From Myxococcales bacterium (GTDB taxonomy: Bacteria; Myxococcota_A; UBA9042; JABWCM01; BTVJ01), in assembly GCA_045863395.1 (NCBI GenBank), contig BTVJ01000001.1, positions 66,406-130,405 of the forward strand: DNA of 64,000 nt, written 5' to 3'. Shown here one piece after another: positions 1 to 10,124 of the stretch. Each line of letters begins with the position of its first letter. Position 1 is the stretch's first letter. The notes under the pieces are model-generated. The model was not told the origin of the DNA. It did no database searches and saw only the letters and a list, made by a program, of their open reading frames with translations. Both the position numbers and the translations under genes were made by a program.

Positions 1-1871
1 GGGACGGGGTCGCAGGCGTCGCCCAGCACGTCATAGCCGTAGACCCGCTCGGCGTCCGCGTTGCAGTTGGACTGGTCGGGATTGAAGACGCCGGGGCAGT
101 TGTCCCGGTCTCCACAGACGCCGTCGCCGTCGCCGCCCGCCCCGAGCTGGTCGCTCGTGCTGTAGGGGTCGTCCGGGCAGTCGTCGCAGGCGTCCACCAC
201 GCCGTCGTCATCGGAGTCCAAGTGGACCTGGGTGTTGCACGTCGGAGCAGGGTCGACGGCGGTCGGGATGCCGTCGCCGTCCATGTCCGGGTCGAACAGG
301 AACCGGATGGTGGTGGTCGCGCCGTCGCAGGCGGGGAGGAGCGCCGCCCCGGCGCCGTCGCAGGGAGCGTAGTCCGTCTCCGTCTCGATGCCGGTCACGG
401 GGAGCCAGCCCTGCCCGTAGGGCTGGCCGTAGGGGCCGAAGGGCGAGGCAAACCACTGCCACTTCTGATAGGTCATGGAGGCGGACACCCAGCCCGCGAT
501 GTCAGTGGCCTCCGGGAGCCCCTCCTCCTCGTAGCTCAGGAGGTCGCCTGCAAGCCCCTCCACCGTGCGGTGCACGCCGCCGATGGCCACCCGAAGCTCC
601 TCCTCGACCATGGGGTAGACGTAGCCCTGGGCGGCGAAGAAGATGCCGTCACACACGAGCTGCTGCCAGTCGTCGGCCAGGAGCTCCAGCTTGACGGAGA
701 CGTCCGCGCTGCTTGACAGGCTCCCGAGCTGGAGCGTCGGCGTCCCAGCGACGACGGGGACGACCTGGAACATATCCTCCAGGTGGAAGTCCTTGGCGCC
801 CGGGAACAGACCGGACGTCCACGCTCCGCCGCCGGGGGCTGGCAGGGCGGGGATGAGCCCCAGCCGGAGCGGGAGCCTCTCCAGGCGCAGCGACAGGCGC
901 ACCGTGCTGCACCCGACCTCCGTCAGCGCGTCGTTCACGGCCCCCGGGATGGCCCCCAGGAACTGGGCGCAGACGGGGTCCGAAGCCTCGGGGGAGCCCA
1001 GGACGCAGGTGATCTGCCGCTCGATGGGCGTCTCGGGCACGATGCGCGCGTGGAACCAGAGCCCGGCCGCGTTGACGGCCCCTTGCCCGCAATCGAGCGC
1101 CGCACAGACCTCGGGAGACGGTGTGCCGAGGGTCGTGTAGCGGGCGATGGTCGGCAGCATCTCCTTCTCGAGGCGCAGCGGGGGAAACTCACCGAGGAGA
1201 TCGCTCGGCAGGTTCAGATCGACCGGCGTGCTGGCGCAGCCGACGTCGGGAGCCCCGATGACGCTCAGCAGGTTGAAGTTGACCGACGGCGCCGGCGCGG
1301 GGAGGTTCTCGGGACCCTGCCCCCCATCGCCCGGCGTGCGATCCCAGTACAGGGTCATGCAGCTCGCCTCGGGGGCGTCGTTGCAGGCCGCTGAGCCAAA
1401 GCAGAGGGGCTCGACGGGCGACCAGCCCTCGCAGCCGGGGTGACGGCAGAGTCCGTCGCTGCACTCCACGGGGCGGGCACAGTCGGCGTTGGTGGTGCAG
1501 CGGAAGTTGCTGTCTCCGCACCGACCCGCGTCCGTGCATGTCGGCGGGATGACGCAGTCCGCATCGGTGGAGCAGGGGACGGTGGAGAAGCACCCCGCCT
1601 CGATGTGCCCGAGGGAGTTCCAGGCGAGGTCGGGGTGCTCGGGCAGCGTCAGCTCGTGGAAGAGCTGCTTGAGCGGCTTGATGCGCGCATCGGTCACGGT
1701 GAGCTTGCCGTTTGCCGCGAGCGAAGGCTCCAGAGGGCCGCCGAAGGGCTGCCCGCCCGCGGACTCGCCCGCCAGGTTCGTCTGGGCGGTGTGCGGCTCG
1801 CGGCAGCCGGCGGACGCCAGCAGCGCGAAGAGGAGAGAGGCTCCCAGGGGAGCGCAGCGAATCGGTCTCAT
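1..1871 (-). CDS. Secreted lipoprotein with C-terminal thrombospondin type-3 (TSP3) Ca-binding repeats. Partial: the C-terminus runs off the left edge.
   Basis: ATG at 1871..1869 is preceded by AGGAGG 7 nt upstream. N-terminus MRPIRCAPLGASLLFALLASAGC (lipobox). Frame stays open to position 1. Residues encoded by 1..300 read LFDPDMDGDGIPTAVD...DSDDDGVVDACDDCPDDP...GDRDNCPGVFNPDQSNCNAD, the TSP3 repeat signature. Not in the ORF track because it is edge-truncated. Confidence 0.7.
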   Translation of the reverse strand, partial: MRPIRCAPLGASLLFALLASAGCREPHTAQTNLAGESAGGQPFGGPLEPSLAANGKLTVTDARIKPLKQLFHELTLPEHPDLAWNSLGHIEAGCFSTVPCSTDADCVIPPTCTDAGRCGDSNFRCTTNADCARPVECSDGLCRHPGCEGWSPVEPLCFGSAACNDAPEASCMTLYWDRTPGDGGQGPENLPAPAPSVNFNLLSVIGAPDVGCASTPVDLNLPSDLLGEFPPLRLEKEMLPTIARYTTLGTPSPEVCAALDCGQGAVNAAGLWFHARIVPETPIERQITCVLGSPEASDPVCAQFLGAIPGAVNDALTEVGCSTVRLSLRLERLPLRLGLIPALPAPGGGAWTSGLFPGAKDFHLEDMFQVVPVVAGTPTLQLGSLSSSADVSVKLELLADDWQQLVCDGIFFAAQGYVYPMVEEELRVAIGGVHRTVEGLAGDLLSYEEEGLPEATDIAGWVSASMTYQKWQWFASPFGPYGQPYGQGWLPVTGIETETDYAPCDGAGAALLPACDGATTTIRFLFDPDMDGDGIPTAVDPAPTCNTQVHLDSDDDGVVDACDDCPDDPYSTSDQLGAGGDGDGVCGDRDNCPGVFNPDQSNCNADAERVYGYDVLGDACDPV

Positions 1872-2190
1872 CGAAGACCTCCTGGAGGTGGTGCGTGTCG
1901 AGCAGGAGGCACTGCCTGTGCCCCATGACCCCAGGATGGCCGGCGCGCGTCGCCATGGTCAGTGTGAAGTTTGGCAGGGGAGGCACTGCGCGATGGTGGT
2001 CGGTGGGACCCTCCACGAAAGTGTAGGCGGCGAGCTACACCGTCGGCTCCGTTGCGGCATGGACGCAACTGCACTGCGCGCGACCGTGCGGCCCCTGTAG
2101 GGTCTGAGGCGTCCACGAGCTTGCCAGCGGGGACCGGGTCCAGTAAGGATCGCCACCCCACACGCGAGCGCCGACCGGGAGGTCTCCCAG

Positions 2191-3219
2191 ATGAAGTTCT
2201 CGACGCTCGTCGAACGCATGGTGCCGCTGGTCGCGGAGCTGTTCGCGACCCTGAAGTCCAACGATCCGCTCCGCATGGACTTCGCCGAGATCGGGCAGAA
2301 GACCCTGCTCGACATCGTCGGCGTGCTCCGGCAGGAGGGGCTGACCAACGACGAGATCGCCGCGACCCTCGACCTGTCCATCGCCGGCTTCTACAAGCGG
2401 GTCCGCGAGCTGCGCGACACCTACTCGCCCGGGCGCGGGCGGGGACGCAAGACGCTGTGGGAGAAGGTCTACGAGCACATCCTGGAGCGCTCGGGCAACT
2501 CCCCGCGGAAGGCCGTGCGCTACGCCCAGGTGCAGTCCGCCTTCCCGTCGGTGGCGGACGAGCGGCTGCGCTCCACCTTGCGGTTCCTGGTGCGCTACGG
2601 TCTCCTGACCATCACCGGGCCCTCCCAGCAGCCCGAGTACCGCATCGTGCCCCGGGACGAGGAGCCCGGCGGCAGCTACCACGCGGTGGTCGTGACCCTC
2701 TACAGGGAGGGGCCCCTGTCGCTCGCCGAGCTTGCCGGGCGCCTGGAGGCCCCCGAGGCGGAGTGCGCCGCCCACGTCGAGCGCCTGCGAGCGGCCGGGA
2801 AGCTGCTGGAGCTGGCCGGGGCCCCGGGGGAGCCGGCGCGCTACCGCGCCACGGGCTACCACATCGAGCCCGAGAGCGAGGAGGGCTTCCAGGCGGCGCT
2901 GTGGGACCACTTCCACACGGTGGTCCGCGCGATCTGCAAGAAGGTCCGCATGCGCCGGCACCTCGCCCAGCTCCACGATGTCAACGGCGGGACGACGTTC
3001 AGCTTCGACGTCCCCCTGGACCACCCGCTGTATGCCGAGGTGTCCGGCTTCCTGGCGGAGACCCGCGTCCGCATGGAGAGCTGGCTGGAGCAGGTCCGGG
3101 CCCTCGACGAGGGGCATGAGGGGGCGCGCGCGCGGATCACCATCTACACGGGGCAGATGGTGGAGGAGCTGGTCGACGGCGTGCCGGTGCGCACCGAGCG
3201 CGACGAGGGGGAGGAGTGA
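2191..3219 (+). CDS. Hypothetical protein with an N-terminal HTH resembling sigma-70 region 4 (LTNDEIAATLDLSIAGFYKRVRELRD).
   Basis: 342-aa ORF with balanced composition, unlike the Arg/Pro-rich junk in overlapping frames. GGGAGG lies upstream of the ATG. A 4-nt ATGA overlap with the next gene suggests an operon. Confidence 0.6.
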   Translation: MKFSTLVERMVPLVAELFATLKSNDPLRMDFAEIGQKTLLDIVGVLRQEGLTNDEIAATLDLSIAGFYKRVRELRDTYSPGRGRGRKTLWEKVYEHILERSGNSPRKAVRYAQVQSAFPSVADERLRSTLRFLVRYGLLTITGPSQQPEYRIVPRDEEPGGSYHAVVVTLYREGPLSLAELAGRLEAPEAECAAHVERLRAAGKLLELAGAPGEPARYRATGYHIEPESEEGFQAALWDHFHTVVRAICKKVRMRRHLAQLHDVNGGTTFSFDVPLDHPLYAEVSGFLAETRVRMESWLEQVRALDEGHEGARARITIYTGQMVEELVDGVPVRTERDEGEE

Positions 3220-4604
3220 TGGCTTGCAGGCGCCTGCCGTGGCTCGTGGCGGCCTTGATCGGGGGGTGCGCGGGCGGGAGCGATCCCGCTCCACATGAGG
3301 ACGCCGCGCCCACCACATCGACGGACACGGAGTCGCCGGGCGCCGATGCATCGAGCCAAGACACCGGGGCTGTTCCCGCCTCCCTCCCGCCGGAGGATCC
3401 GACAGCCACGACGGGAACGCCCGTGCTGCTGGGCGACTCGGTGATCCTTGCCACCCAGGATGGGGTGTCCGAGCCGGGCGCGCAGCTCGGCTTTGGGGGT
3501 GCCTCGGTGATCGAGGCCCTCGCAGCCGCGGACTCCGAGGGCGCCTCGCTGTTCGCCGTGGTGCGCGACGGGCAGCGGGGCCGGCTGCGGGGGCTCACGC
3601 TCGATGGGCTCGCCTGGGAGCTCCCGGCGGCCGACACGGTGCGGCGCCCCGGGGTCCACGGGGACCGGCTGCTGGTGGTGTCCCGCGACGGAGAGGCGTG
3701 GCGGGCCGAGTGGGTGGATCGCTTGTCGGGGGCCGTCCTGGCGACGCACCCGTTCACGCAGGGGCCGGTGACCGCCCCTGCGCGGCTCCGCAGCGCGTCG
3801 ACCGACTGGCTCGTGGGTGCCGGGCACCGCCTGGTAGTGCTCCGAGCGACGGAGGGAGGCGTCGCGAGCCTCGGGTCCATCGCAGAGACCGACACGGAGC
3901 TGGCCCGGGTGACCTCGGTGGTGACGTCAGGGGGGTGGGTCGTCGCCGCCACGGGGTGGCTCGACGAGGCGCAGGACCCCGGGCTCGGTGACGCGCTGTC
4001 GTTTCACGGCATCGGCGGCGCCGACGACGCGCCGGAGCCCTTCTTCATCGCCCACCCCGCGCCCGCGCCGGGGCCCATCCTGGCGCCCCCGGTGCTCGCC
4101 ATGGTCGATGTGTGCCAGGGCGGGTGCAGCAAGAAGGCCGTGGTGTCGAGCGGCGGCAGCCACTGGTTCGGCGGGTGGGACGCCGAGTCGGGCAAGGTCC
4201 TGTGGCTCCGCGATGACCTGCCCGAGCGGGTGACGAGCCTGTCGCTCGGCGGCGGGCGCATCTACTCGGGAGGCAGCCACTGGCACCCGGGCGACGCTCC
4301 GCCGAAGCCCGGCTACACGCTGCGGGGCTGGACGGTGGTGCCGCCGGAGTCGGGTGGCTGGAGCATCGTGGAGCACCTGGGCGTCCAGGGCGCGCCCGAC
4401 GCGCTGATCGTCGGGGTCCCGAGCGCGCTGGTGCGCGCCGGCGCCGTGACCGTGGTCGCCCTGCCCTACGAGGGCCCGGCCCTGCTGAGCAACATCGCAG
4501 ACCCCCTGGCCTCTCCCCCGGCCTGCGGGTGGCCCCGGTCCTTCGGAGACGACCTGAACGCCGGCACGCACGTGACCTCGGACCCGACCTGCTTCGGTCC
4601 CTGA
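3216..4604 (+). CDS. Hypothetical lipoprotein.
   Basis: 462 aa. N-terminus MMACRRLPWLVAALIGGCAGG is a signal peptide plus lipobox. ATGA overlap with the upstream gene. Confidence 0.6.
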   Translation: MMACRRLPWLVAALIGGCAGGSDPAPHEDAAPTTSTDTESPGADASSQDTGAVPASLPPEDPTATTGTPVLLGDSVILATQDGVSEPGAQLGFGGASVIEALAAADSEGASLFAVVRDGQRGRLRGLTLDGLAWELPAADTVRRPGVHGDRLLVVSRDGEAWRAEWVDRLSGAVLATHPFTQGPVTAPARLRSASTDWLVGAGHRLVVLRATEGGVASLGSIAETDTELARVTSVVTSGGWVVAATGWLDEAQDPGLGDALSFHGIGGADDAPEPFFIAHPAPAPGPILAPPVLAMVDVCQGGCSKKAVVSSGGSHWFGGWDAESGKVLWLRDDLPERVTSLSLGGGRIYSGGSHWHPGDAPPKPGYTLRGWTVVPPESGGWSIVEHLGVQGAPDALIVGVPSALVRAGAVTVVALPYEGPALLSNIADPLASPPACGWPRSFGDDLNAGTHVTSDPTCFGP

Positions 4605-4638
4605 TCGCCCGCGTGACACGGGAGGCGCTGACCTCCGA

Positions 4639-5763
4639 TCACCGCCGCGCCATGCGCGCCTTGATCTCTGCCTGGGTCATGATCCCGTCGGGGTGGGCGA
4701 CCGTCACGCGGTCCAGGTCTGCGAGATCCATGCCCCACTCCCGCAGCGCGGCGTCCATGTACGCCACGGTGAGCTGGTTCGGGCGGCTCGGCGCGCGCTG
4801 GCCCACGGCCCGCGCCTCGCGCTCCGCCAGGGTGAGGCGCGCGTCCGCCGCGCGGAGCTGGCGGATGCCGGCGATGGCGATCTGCTCCTGGAACCGCACC
4901 GCCAGAGGGCTCGCCGCGGCCACCAGGCGCTCGAAGGCGTCGCGGTGCAGCTCCAGCGCGATGACCTCGCCGGAGGTGCGCACCGTGGCCGAGCGCGGGC
5001 TGGAGTCGACGAGCGCCATCTGGCCGACCATGGCGCCGGCCTCCAGCACGCCGAGCAGCCGCTCCTGCTGGCCGACGGCCTTCAGTACGTGGACCTGCCC
5101 CCACGCCAGCACGAAACAGGACGCCCCGCGCGCGCCCTCGCGGCAGAGCACCTGGCCGTCGGGGAAGCGGCGGGGCGGCGCGACGGTGACGAGGGCCGAC
5201 AGCTCCCGCTCGGCGTACCCCCGAAACGTCGGCAGCGCCCGCAGGTCCACGCCGCGGGGGGCCTCGGACACGGCGGGGGCCTGCGGCTCGGCGGCGTCGG
5301 CCCGCTGACCGAAGCCCTGCCACAGGCGGTCGATGAGGGCGTTGGTGTCGCGGATGCGCCGCGTGACCGTGTGGATGATCTCGCGGGTCATGCACAGGGC
5401 CACCGCCGGGAGCGCCCGCTGCAGGGCGAGGAGCGTGCCGCGGTCGACCTCGACGACCACGGAGTCGCGGGTGGCGCGAACGCTGGCGGATCGGGGCGCC
5501 GGGTCGACGCAGGACATCTCGCCCACCACCTCGCCCGGACCGAGGGTCGCGACCGTGGCGCCGCCCTCCGTGGTCACCGCCAGGGAGCCGTCCACGACAA
5601 GCGCCATGGAGTCGCCCGGCGCGCCCTGCCGAAACAGCGTCTCGCCCGCCTCGACCTTCCGCCCGCGCACCATGGTCGCGAGCTGCTCCAGGTCCTCCCC
5701 CCGCGCCCCGGCGAGCAGGCGCGAGCGACCGAGCACCTGGGCGATCTTTCGCGTATCCGCCAT
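4639..5763 (-). CDS. Protein with tandem cyclic-nucleotide-binding (cNMP/Crp-like) domains.
   Basis: True start is ATG 5763 (MADTRKIAQVLGR..) with GGAGGG 4 nt upstream. Two cNMP-binding cores are visible: FRQGAPGDSMALVVDGSLAV..GEMS and LCREGARGASCFVLAWGQVHV..VGQMALVD. The ORF-track entry 4639..6606 extends upstream only as Arg-rich antisense of the methyltransferase gene. Confidence 0.75.
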   Translation of the reverse strand: MADTRKIAQVLGRSRLLAGARGEDLEQLATMVRGRKVEAGETLFRQGAPGDSMALVVDGSLAVTTEGGATVATLGPGEVVGEMSCVDPAPRSASVRATRDSVVVEVDRGTLLALQRALPAVALCMTREIIHTVTRRIRDTNALIDRLWQGFGQRADAAEPQAPAVSEAPRGVDLRALPTFRGYAERELSALVTVAPPRRFPDGQVLCREGARGASCFVLAWGQVHVLKAVGQQERLLGVLEAGAMVGQMALVDSSPRSATVRTSGEVIALELHRDAFERLVAAASPLAVRFQEQIAIAGIRQLRAADARLTLAEREARAVGQRAPSRPNQLTVAYMDAALREWGMDLADLDRVTVAHPDGIMTQAEIKARMARR

Positions 5764-5886
5764 GTGACCCTCCTGATCGCGACAAGGAGGCACCAGACGG
5801 CGCACGGCGTCAAGGGAACTCCGGCGCCGAGACCCGATCTGGGCGCGAGAGCACGCGTGCGGTAGCCTGGGAGTGATGGAGGCACC

Positions 5887-7314
5887 ATGACCCCCCTGAC
5901 CGACGCCGTCCGCCGCCAGTACGAGCGGTTCCCCTACCCCCCCGTTCCGGTGCTGGCGGCGCCCGCGCGCGGCCAGGGGGAGCGCCTGCGGTGGGAGACG
6001 GGCAGAGCGCTGGCTGCCACGGCGACCATGGACCACGGCCTGCCGGAGCGCCACGACGGCATGCGCATCCTGGTCGCGGGGGCCGGGACGCTGGAGGCGC
6101 TGGTCGTCGCGGGCGCCCACCCGCGCGCGAGGGAGGTGGTCGCGGTCGACCTGAGCGCCGCCTCCCTCCGCGCCCTTGGCCGGCGGGTCGCCCTCGCGCG
6201 GACGGCCAACGCGGTGCGCCTGGGGCCACTCCTGGGACGGCGCCTGCCGCCGGTGCGCCGCGTCTGCGCCGACCTGCACACCTGGTCTGGAGGCACCTTC
6301 GACTTCATCCTGGCCAACAACGTGCTCCAGCACGTGCCGGACCCGGCCGCGCTGCTCGCCCGTCTGGCCGGTTGGCTCTCGCCCGGCGGCATGGTGCGGG
6401 TCGTAACCTACCCCTCCATGGGCCGCTGCTGGATCCGCTGGACCCGCCGGTGGCTGGAGCTGCATGGGGTGCGCGCGGAACCTGGAGCGCGGGGCAGGGC
6501 GGCTGCCGCAGCGATGGCGCTCCCGCCGGGACACCCGCTGCGGAGCTGCTGGGATGGCCACCTGGAGACGGGGACGGACGCGGGCGTGGTCGACGGGTTC
6601 CTTCACGCCCTGGAGCGCCCCCTGCCCCCGCTGGCGTGGGCGCAGGCCCTCAGTACCTGCGGCCTGCGCCTCGTCGCCGAGGCCAACGAGTCATCCGGTG
6701 AGGCGCTCGTGGAGCTGCTGCCAGAGACCGCCGCCCTGGGCCCCTGGGAGCGGATGCAGGTGCTCGACGACCTGCTGGAGACCTCCGACAACCACGTCTG
6801 GTGGCTGCGGCACGGAGAGACGGAGGCGCCAGGGACCGCCGGCGACTCTCCCCCCCCCGGCAGCGCCACGGACCTGTCGCCAGAGACTCCCGTGGAGAGC
6901 GTCCTCACGTCGCCCACGTGGAGCCTCCCGTCTGCCATCTATGCCGAGCTTGGGGCGTCGCTCCGGCGAGCGGCGTCCCTGCTCCACGGGGCGGGCGTGA
7001 CCCTGGACGAGGCGGTGGACACCCTGCGCCGCGAGGTTGGCCCCCACGTCCACGCACGAAGCGGCGCTGAGCTCGCCCGGCTGTCCATTGGCGAGCACGA
7101 CCTGGCCGCCATTCTCGGGACCCCTCCACCCTGGGACGACTCCACCTGGGAGGCGGCCGCGGCTGCGGGCGTGACACACCTGATCCACGACGGCGCGCGG
7201 GTGCCCGGGCAGACCCTGGCAGAGCAAGCGGCGTGGCTCCACTGTCTCCACGGGGCCATGCGGTCCCGGATCCCGATTCAGGTGGCAATGACCGGGGGCG
7301 CTGGGAGTCCCTGA
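5887..7314 (+). CDS. Class I SAM-dependent methyltransferase with a C-terminal extension of unknown function.
   Basis: Motif I-like ILVAGAGTLEA. Motif FDFILANNVLQHVPDPAALL is typical of Methyltransf_11/12/23 families. GGAGG 6 nt upstream of the ATG. Confidence 0.7.
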   Translation: MTPLTDAVRRQYERFPYPPVPVLAAPARGQGERLRWETGRALAATATMDHGLPERHDGMRILVAGAGTLEALVVAGAHPRAREVVAVDLSAASLRALGRRVALARTANAVRLGPLLGRRLPPVRRVCADLHTWSGGTFDFILANNVLQHVPDPAALLARLAGWLSPGGMVRVVTYPSMGRCWIRWTRRWLELHGVRAEPGARGRAAAAAMALPPGHPLRSCWDGHLETGTDAGVVDGFLHALERPLPPLAWAQALSTCGLRLVAEANESSGEALVELLPETAALGPWERMQVLDDLLETSDNHVWWLRHGETEAPGTAGDSPPPGSATDLSPETPVESVLTSPTWSLPSAIYAELGASLRRAASLLHGAGVTLDEAVDTLRREVGPHVHARSGAELARLSIGEHDLAAILGTPPPWDDSTWEAAAAAGVTHLIHDGARVPGQTLAEQAAWLHCLHGAMRSRIPIQVAMTGGAGSP

Positions 7315-7322
7315 CCGGGTCG

Positions 7323-9365
7323 TCAAGGCCCCGGCGCGACGATGCTCTTGACGGAGACCCCCGCCGCATAGCCGTAGGACACGTACCGATCATACCCGTA
7401 CACCATCACGCCGATGGGCTGATCGGACACCAGGGAGTGGGCGCCGTCGCTCAGCCGGGAGCGCAGCAGCATGAAGTCTCCCTTCCCCACGGGCTGCGCG
7501 GCGCTCGTGTCCACCGTCGCGCCATCCGCGAGCAGGCTCGCCCCCGCAGGCAGGATCACGCTCACGTGGTCCTCCGCATACTTGTCGGGGGTCAGGAAGC
7601 GATAGTCCTTGCGAAACGCCGAGACAGGGGTGAGCAGCAGGAAGGAGGGGTCCCCCGTGGCGGCGTCGTAGCCGTACCCCGCAGCCTCGCACTGCTTCGG
7701 CCCCCCACAGGTCAGGAGACAATCGTGGTGGGACTTGCACTCCACGTCCGTCCCCTGGCAGACACCGGCTCCGCCCGCAGTGACGCAGGCCGAGTGGTTC
7801 GGGATCGGCGCGTCCTGGCTGGCCAGGAACTGGCCGACGACGACCGGCTTGTTCGCCACGATCTCGAACGACTGTTGGGACCCGAAGTCGAAGAGCTCCC
7901 CGCGCGCCAATGCTGGGATGCTGGCGACGGCGGGGAACGTCTCCACCGTGGTGCCGTCGTGCAGCGCCAGGATCCGCCAGTAGTCCGGCTCACCATGACG
8001 GGGAGCGCTCCTGGGAGCGATATACCGCTTGTCGTAGGCTCCGACCGGGAAGAGCTGCTCCTCCAGGTGGTCACAGCAGCAGACGGACGGGCAGTCCGCG
8101 TCGCTGCCGCATGGCAGCGAGGTCTCATCGCACTTCCCCTGGAGACACCGGGTAACCGACGGGACTGACGCACACTCGTTGCCGCCAAACACGGCGACGG
8201 GCTTGTCGGAGGTGACGGTGGCCCCCGTCAGGTCGTCGCCCATCCCAAGAGTCTGCAACGTGAGCACGTCATACTGCTCCAGCTCGAACAGGCCCTCCTT
8301 GCCGGGAGACAGACCCGTGAACTTGCGCGCCCCTCCGGCACTCCCCGTAGTCTGACACCGAGTCTCAACGAGGACCTTCGTCGTCCCCTTCTGCGTCGCG
8401 ACGATGGAGACGAACCCGCGATTCTGCTCCCCCTGGTGCTCGCGCGACATCACCAGATAGTCAGTCCCGAGCAGCGACACCGGCAGGAGCAGCGACGCGT
8501 CGTTGGAGAACACGTCCACGTTGGAGAGCGGGTTGAACTGGTACGCGATGAGCGGCATGTCGCTCTCGATACGCCACGCGAGGGGCTCAAGGGCGGAGCC
8601 ATCCACGTTCCGGGGAGGAAGATTGGCGACCTCGACCGCACCGGGCTTCACCTCCAGGGTGGTGAACTCCTCGTCCTGCGTCGAGATGCGGACCTTGGCG
8701 GGGATCGTCGCGCTGACGTTGCTCAGCACGACGGCGAAGGGGGCGTTGGCGGCGTCCTGCGTCGGGTCCGTCGGATCGAGGAAGTTGTCGAGGTCCACCG
8801 CCCAATACTCGCAGCCCACGTTCGAGGCGTCCTTGATGCTGACCGCGCACGGAGACACGCAGAGCCCGAGGTGGCAGACCGTCTTGGTGACGAGCGGATC
8901 GCAGTCACCGATGGGGACCATGCCCGACCCGTCGTCTGCACACCGCCCGACGGTGCTGTCATCGAGGCAGACCGTGGTCCCGGGGTGGCAGGAGACGCAG
9001 CCGCCGTCACGGCAGACTCCTGGCTCGCAGGACTCCTGGTAGAATCCATCTCCCTCAGCGTTGCAGATCTTCCGGACGTTCGCCTCGCAGGTCGCCATGT
9101 CCGGAAGGCAGCCGCCCTCGCAGAACCCGTCCTTGCACGACGTCCCCGCGGGGCAGGGATACTCCTTCGCAGGCTCGCCGCCCCCCTGACACAGGAGCAC
9201 GGTGTCTCCACTGCACGAGGTGGTCCCAGCGACGCAGGGCGGAGGGCCCGCGTCCACGACCGCGGGGGACGGATCGTCCGTGCTCGCGCAGCCGGCAGCA
9301 AGCAGGGCGCCGAGCACGGAGACCGCGAGGAGATGCGAAGCAAGGTCAGAGACACGCGCCGACAT
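7323..9365 (-). CDS. Secreted cysteine-rich lipoprotein with N-terminal EGF-like Cys repeats and a large C-terminal beta-rich domain.
   Basis: 680 aa. Lipobox LLAAGCAS. N-terminal third holds repeated CxxGxxxCxxGxC modules. Composition looks real. Confidence 0.7.
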   Translation of the reverse strand: MSARVSDLASHLLAVSVLGALLAAGCASTDDPSPAVVDAGPPPCVAGTTSCSGDTVLLCQGGGEPAKEYPCPAGTSCKDGFCEGGCLPDMATCEANVRKICNAEGDGFYQESCEPGVCRDGGCVSCHPGTTVCLDDSTVGRCADDGSGMVPIGDCDPLVTKTVCHLGLCVSPCAVSIKDASNVGCEYWAVDLDNFLDPTDPTQDAANAPFAVVLSNVSATIPAKVRISTQDEEFTTLEVKPGAVEVANLPPRNVDGSALEPLAWRIESDMPLIAYQFNPLSNVDVFSNDASLLLPVSLLGTDYLVMSREHQGEQNRGFVSIVATQKGTTKVLVETRCQTTGSAGGARKFTGLSPGKEGLFELEQYDVLTLQTLGMGDDLTGATVTSDKPVAVFGGNECASVPSVTRCLQGKCDETSLPCGSDADCPSVCCCDHLEEQLFPVGAYDKRYIAPRSAPRHGEPDYWRILALHDGTTVETFPAVASIPALARGELFDFGSQQSFEIVANKPVVVGQFLASQDAPIPNHSACVTAGGAGVCQGTDVECKSHHDCLLTCGGPKQCEAAGYGYDAATGDPSFLLLTPVSAFRKDYRFLTPDKYAEDHVSVILPAGASLLADGATVDTSAAQPVGKGDFMLLRSRLSDGAHSLVSDQPIGVMVYGYDRYVSYGYAAGVSVKSIVAPGP

Positions 9366-10029
9366 GGTCCTCTCCTACGAGCTTGCTGCACGTGTCACCC
9401 GGGGGGCAGCCAGGGGCACCCAGCTTGCACGCCATGCGACAGAATCCGTCCACACAGAAGGAGTCGGCGCTGCACTCATCCTGGTTCGAGCACGAGCGGC
9501 CGATGGGGGTCTCGCCCCCTACCTTGCACACGCCATCGTAAGGGGCGAACTTCTTGGGGTCGGCGAGGGCCTGACAGATGGCGCCCGTTCCACAGAGCAC
9601 GAGGCCGGTCTTGCACAAGGCGTGGCAGGTCCCAGCCGACGCCGTGGTGGCCACACATGCGGCCCCTTCGGCGCAGCGGTGCTCGGGATCGGTGCAGCCG
9701 GGCTCTCCGGGGTCGAGGACCTGCGTGCAGAGGCGATCCCCCGACTCCCACTCCACACAGACCCGCCCCCCGCTGCACGACGGGCTCCCGCCGCACACGC
9801 AGGCGGGCTGGAAGTCCAGAAGCTCGCAGGACTCGCCGAGGCCGCAGCAGGTGCCGCCGCAGAGGTCGCACGCCGGGCTCGCCGGCACATCCGCGGGCGC
9901 GACCTCTCCCGCCCCGAGCGTGTCGAGTCCACCAGTAGCTGGCGCGTCCTGGCAACCCGCTACACCCGAGAGAGCTGCCAGCGTCGCCCACCAAAGCGCC
10001 CGAATGCACGAAGTCATCGCGTGGCCCAT
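9346..10029 (-). CDS. Small secreted cysteine-rich lipoprotein.
   Basis: Start is ATG 10029 (GGGAGGG ~14 nt upstream) or ATG 10017. Signal peptide MTSCIRALWWATLAALSGVAGC. About 30 Cys. Overlaps the start of the upstream gene 7323..9365 by 20 nt, so probably co-operonic. Confidence 0.6.
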   Translation of the reverse strand: MGHAMTSCIRALWWATLAALSGVAGCQDAPATGGLDTLGAGEVAPADVPASPACDLCGGTCCGLGESCELLDFQPACVCGGSPSCSGGRVCVEWESGDRLCTQVLDPGEPGCTDPEHRCAEGAACVATTASAGTCHALCKTGLVLCGTGAICQALADPKKFAPYDGVCKVGGETPIGRSCSNQDECSADSFCVDGFCRMACKLGAPGCPPGDTCSKLVGEDHVGACL

Positions 10030-10124
10030 CCTCGGCTTGGTTCCCTCCCCGGAGACACCACCTGGAGCGACACCGGGCACGGCTCGGGGGAAACATCGCC
10101 CACGGCCGGCGAGCCGTCAATGGG

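Noticed and set aside
5764-6606. Upstream extension of ORF 4639..6606
   Set aside because: Antisense of the methyltransferase gene and Arg/Pro/Gly-rich. ATG 5763 has a strong RBS and starts the recognisable cNMP-binding protein.
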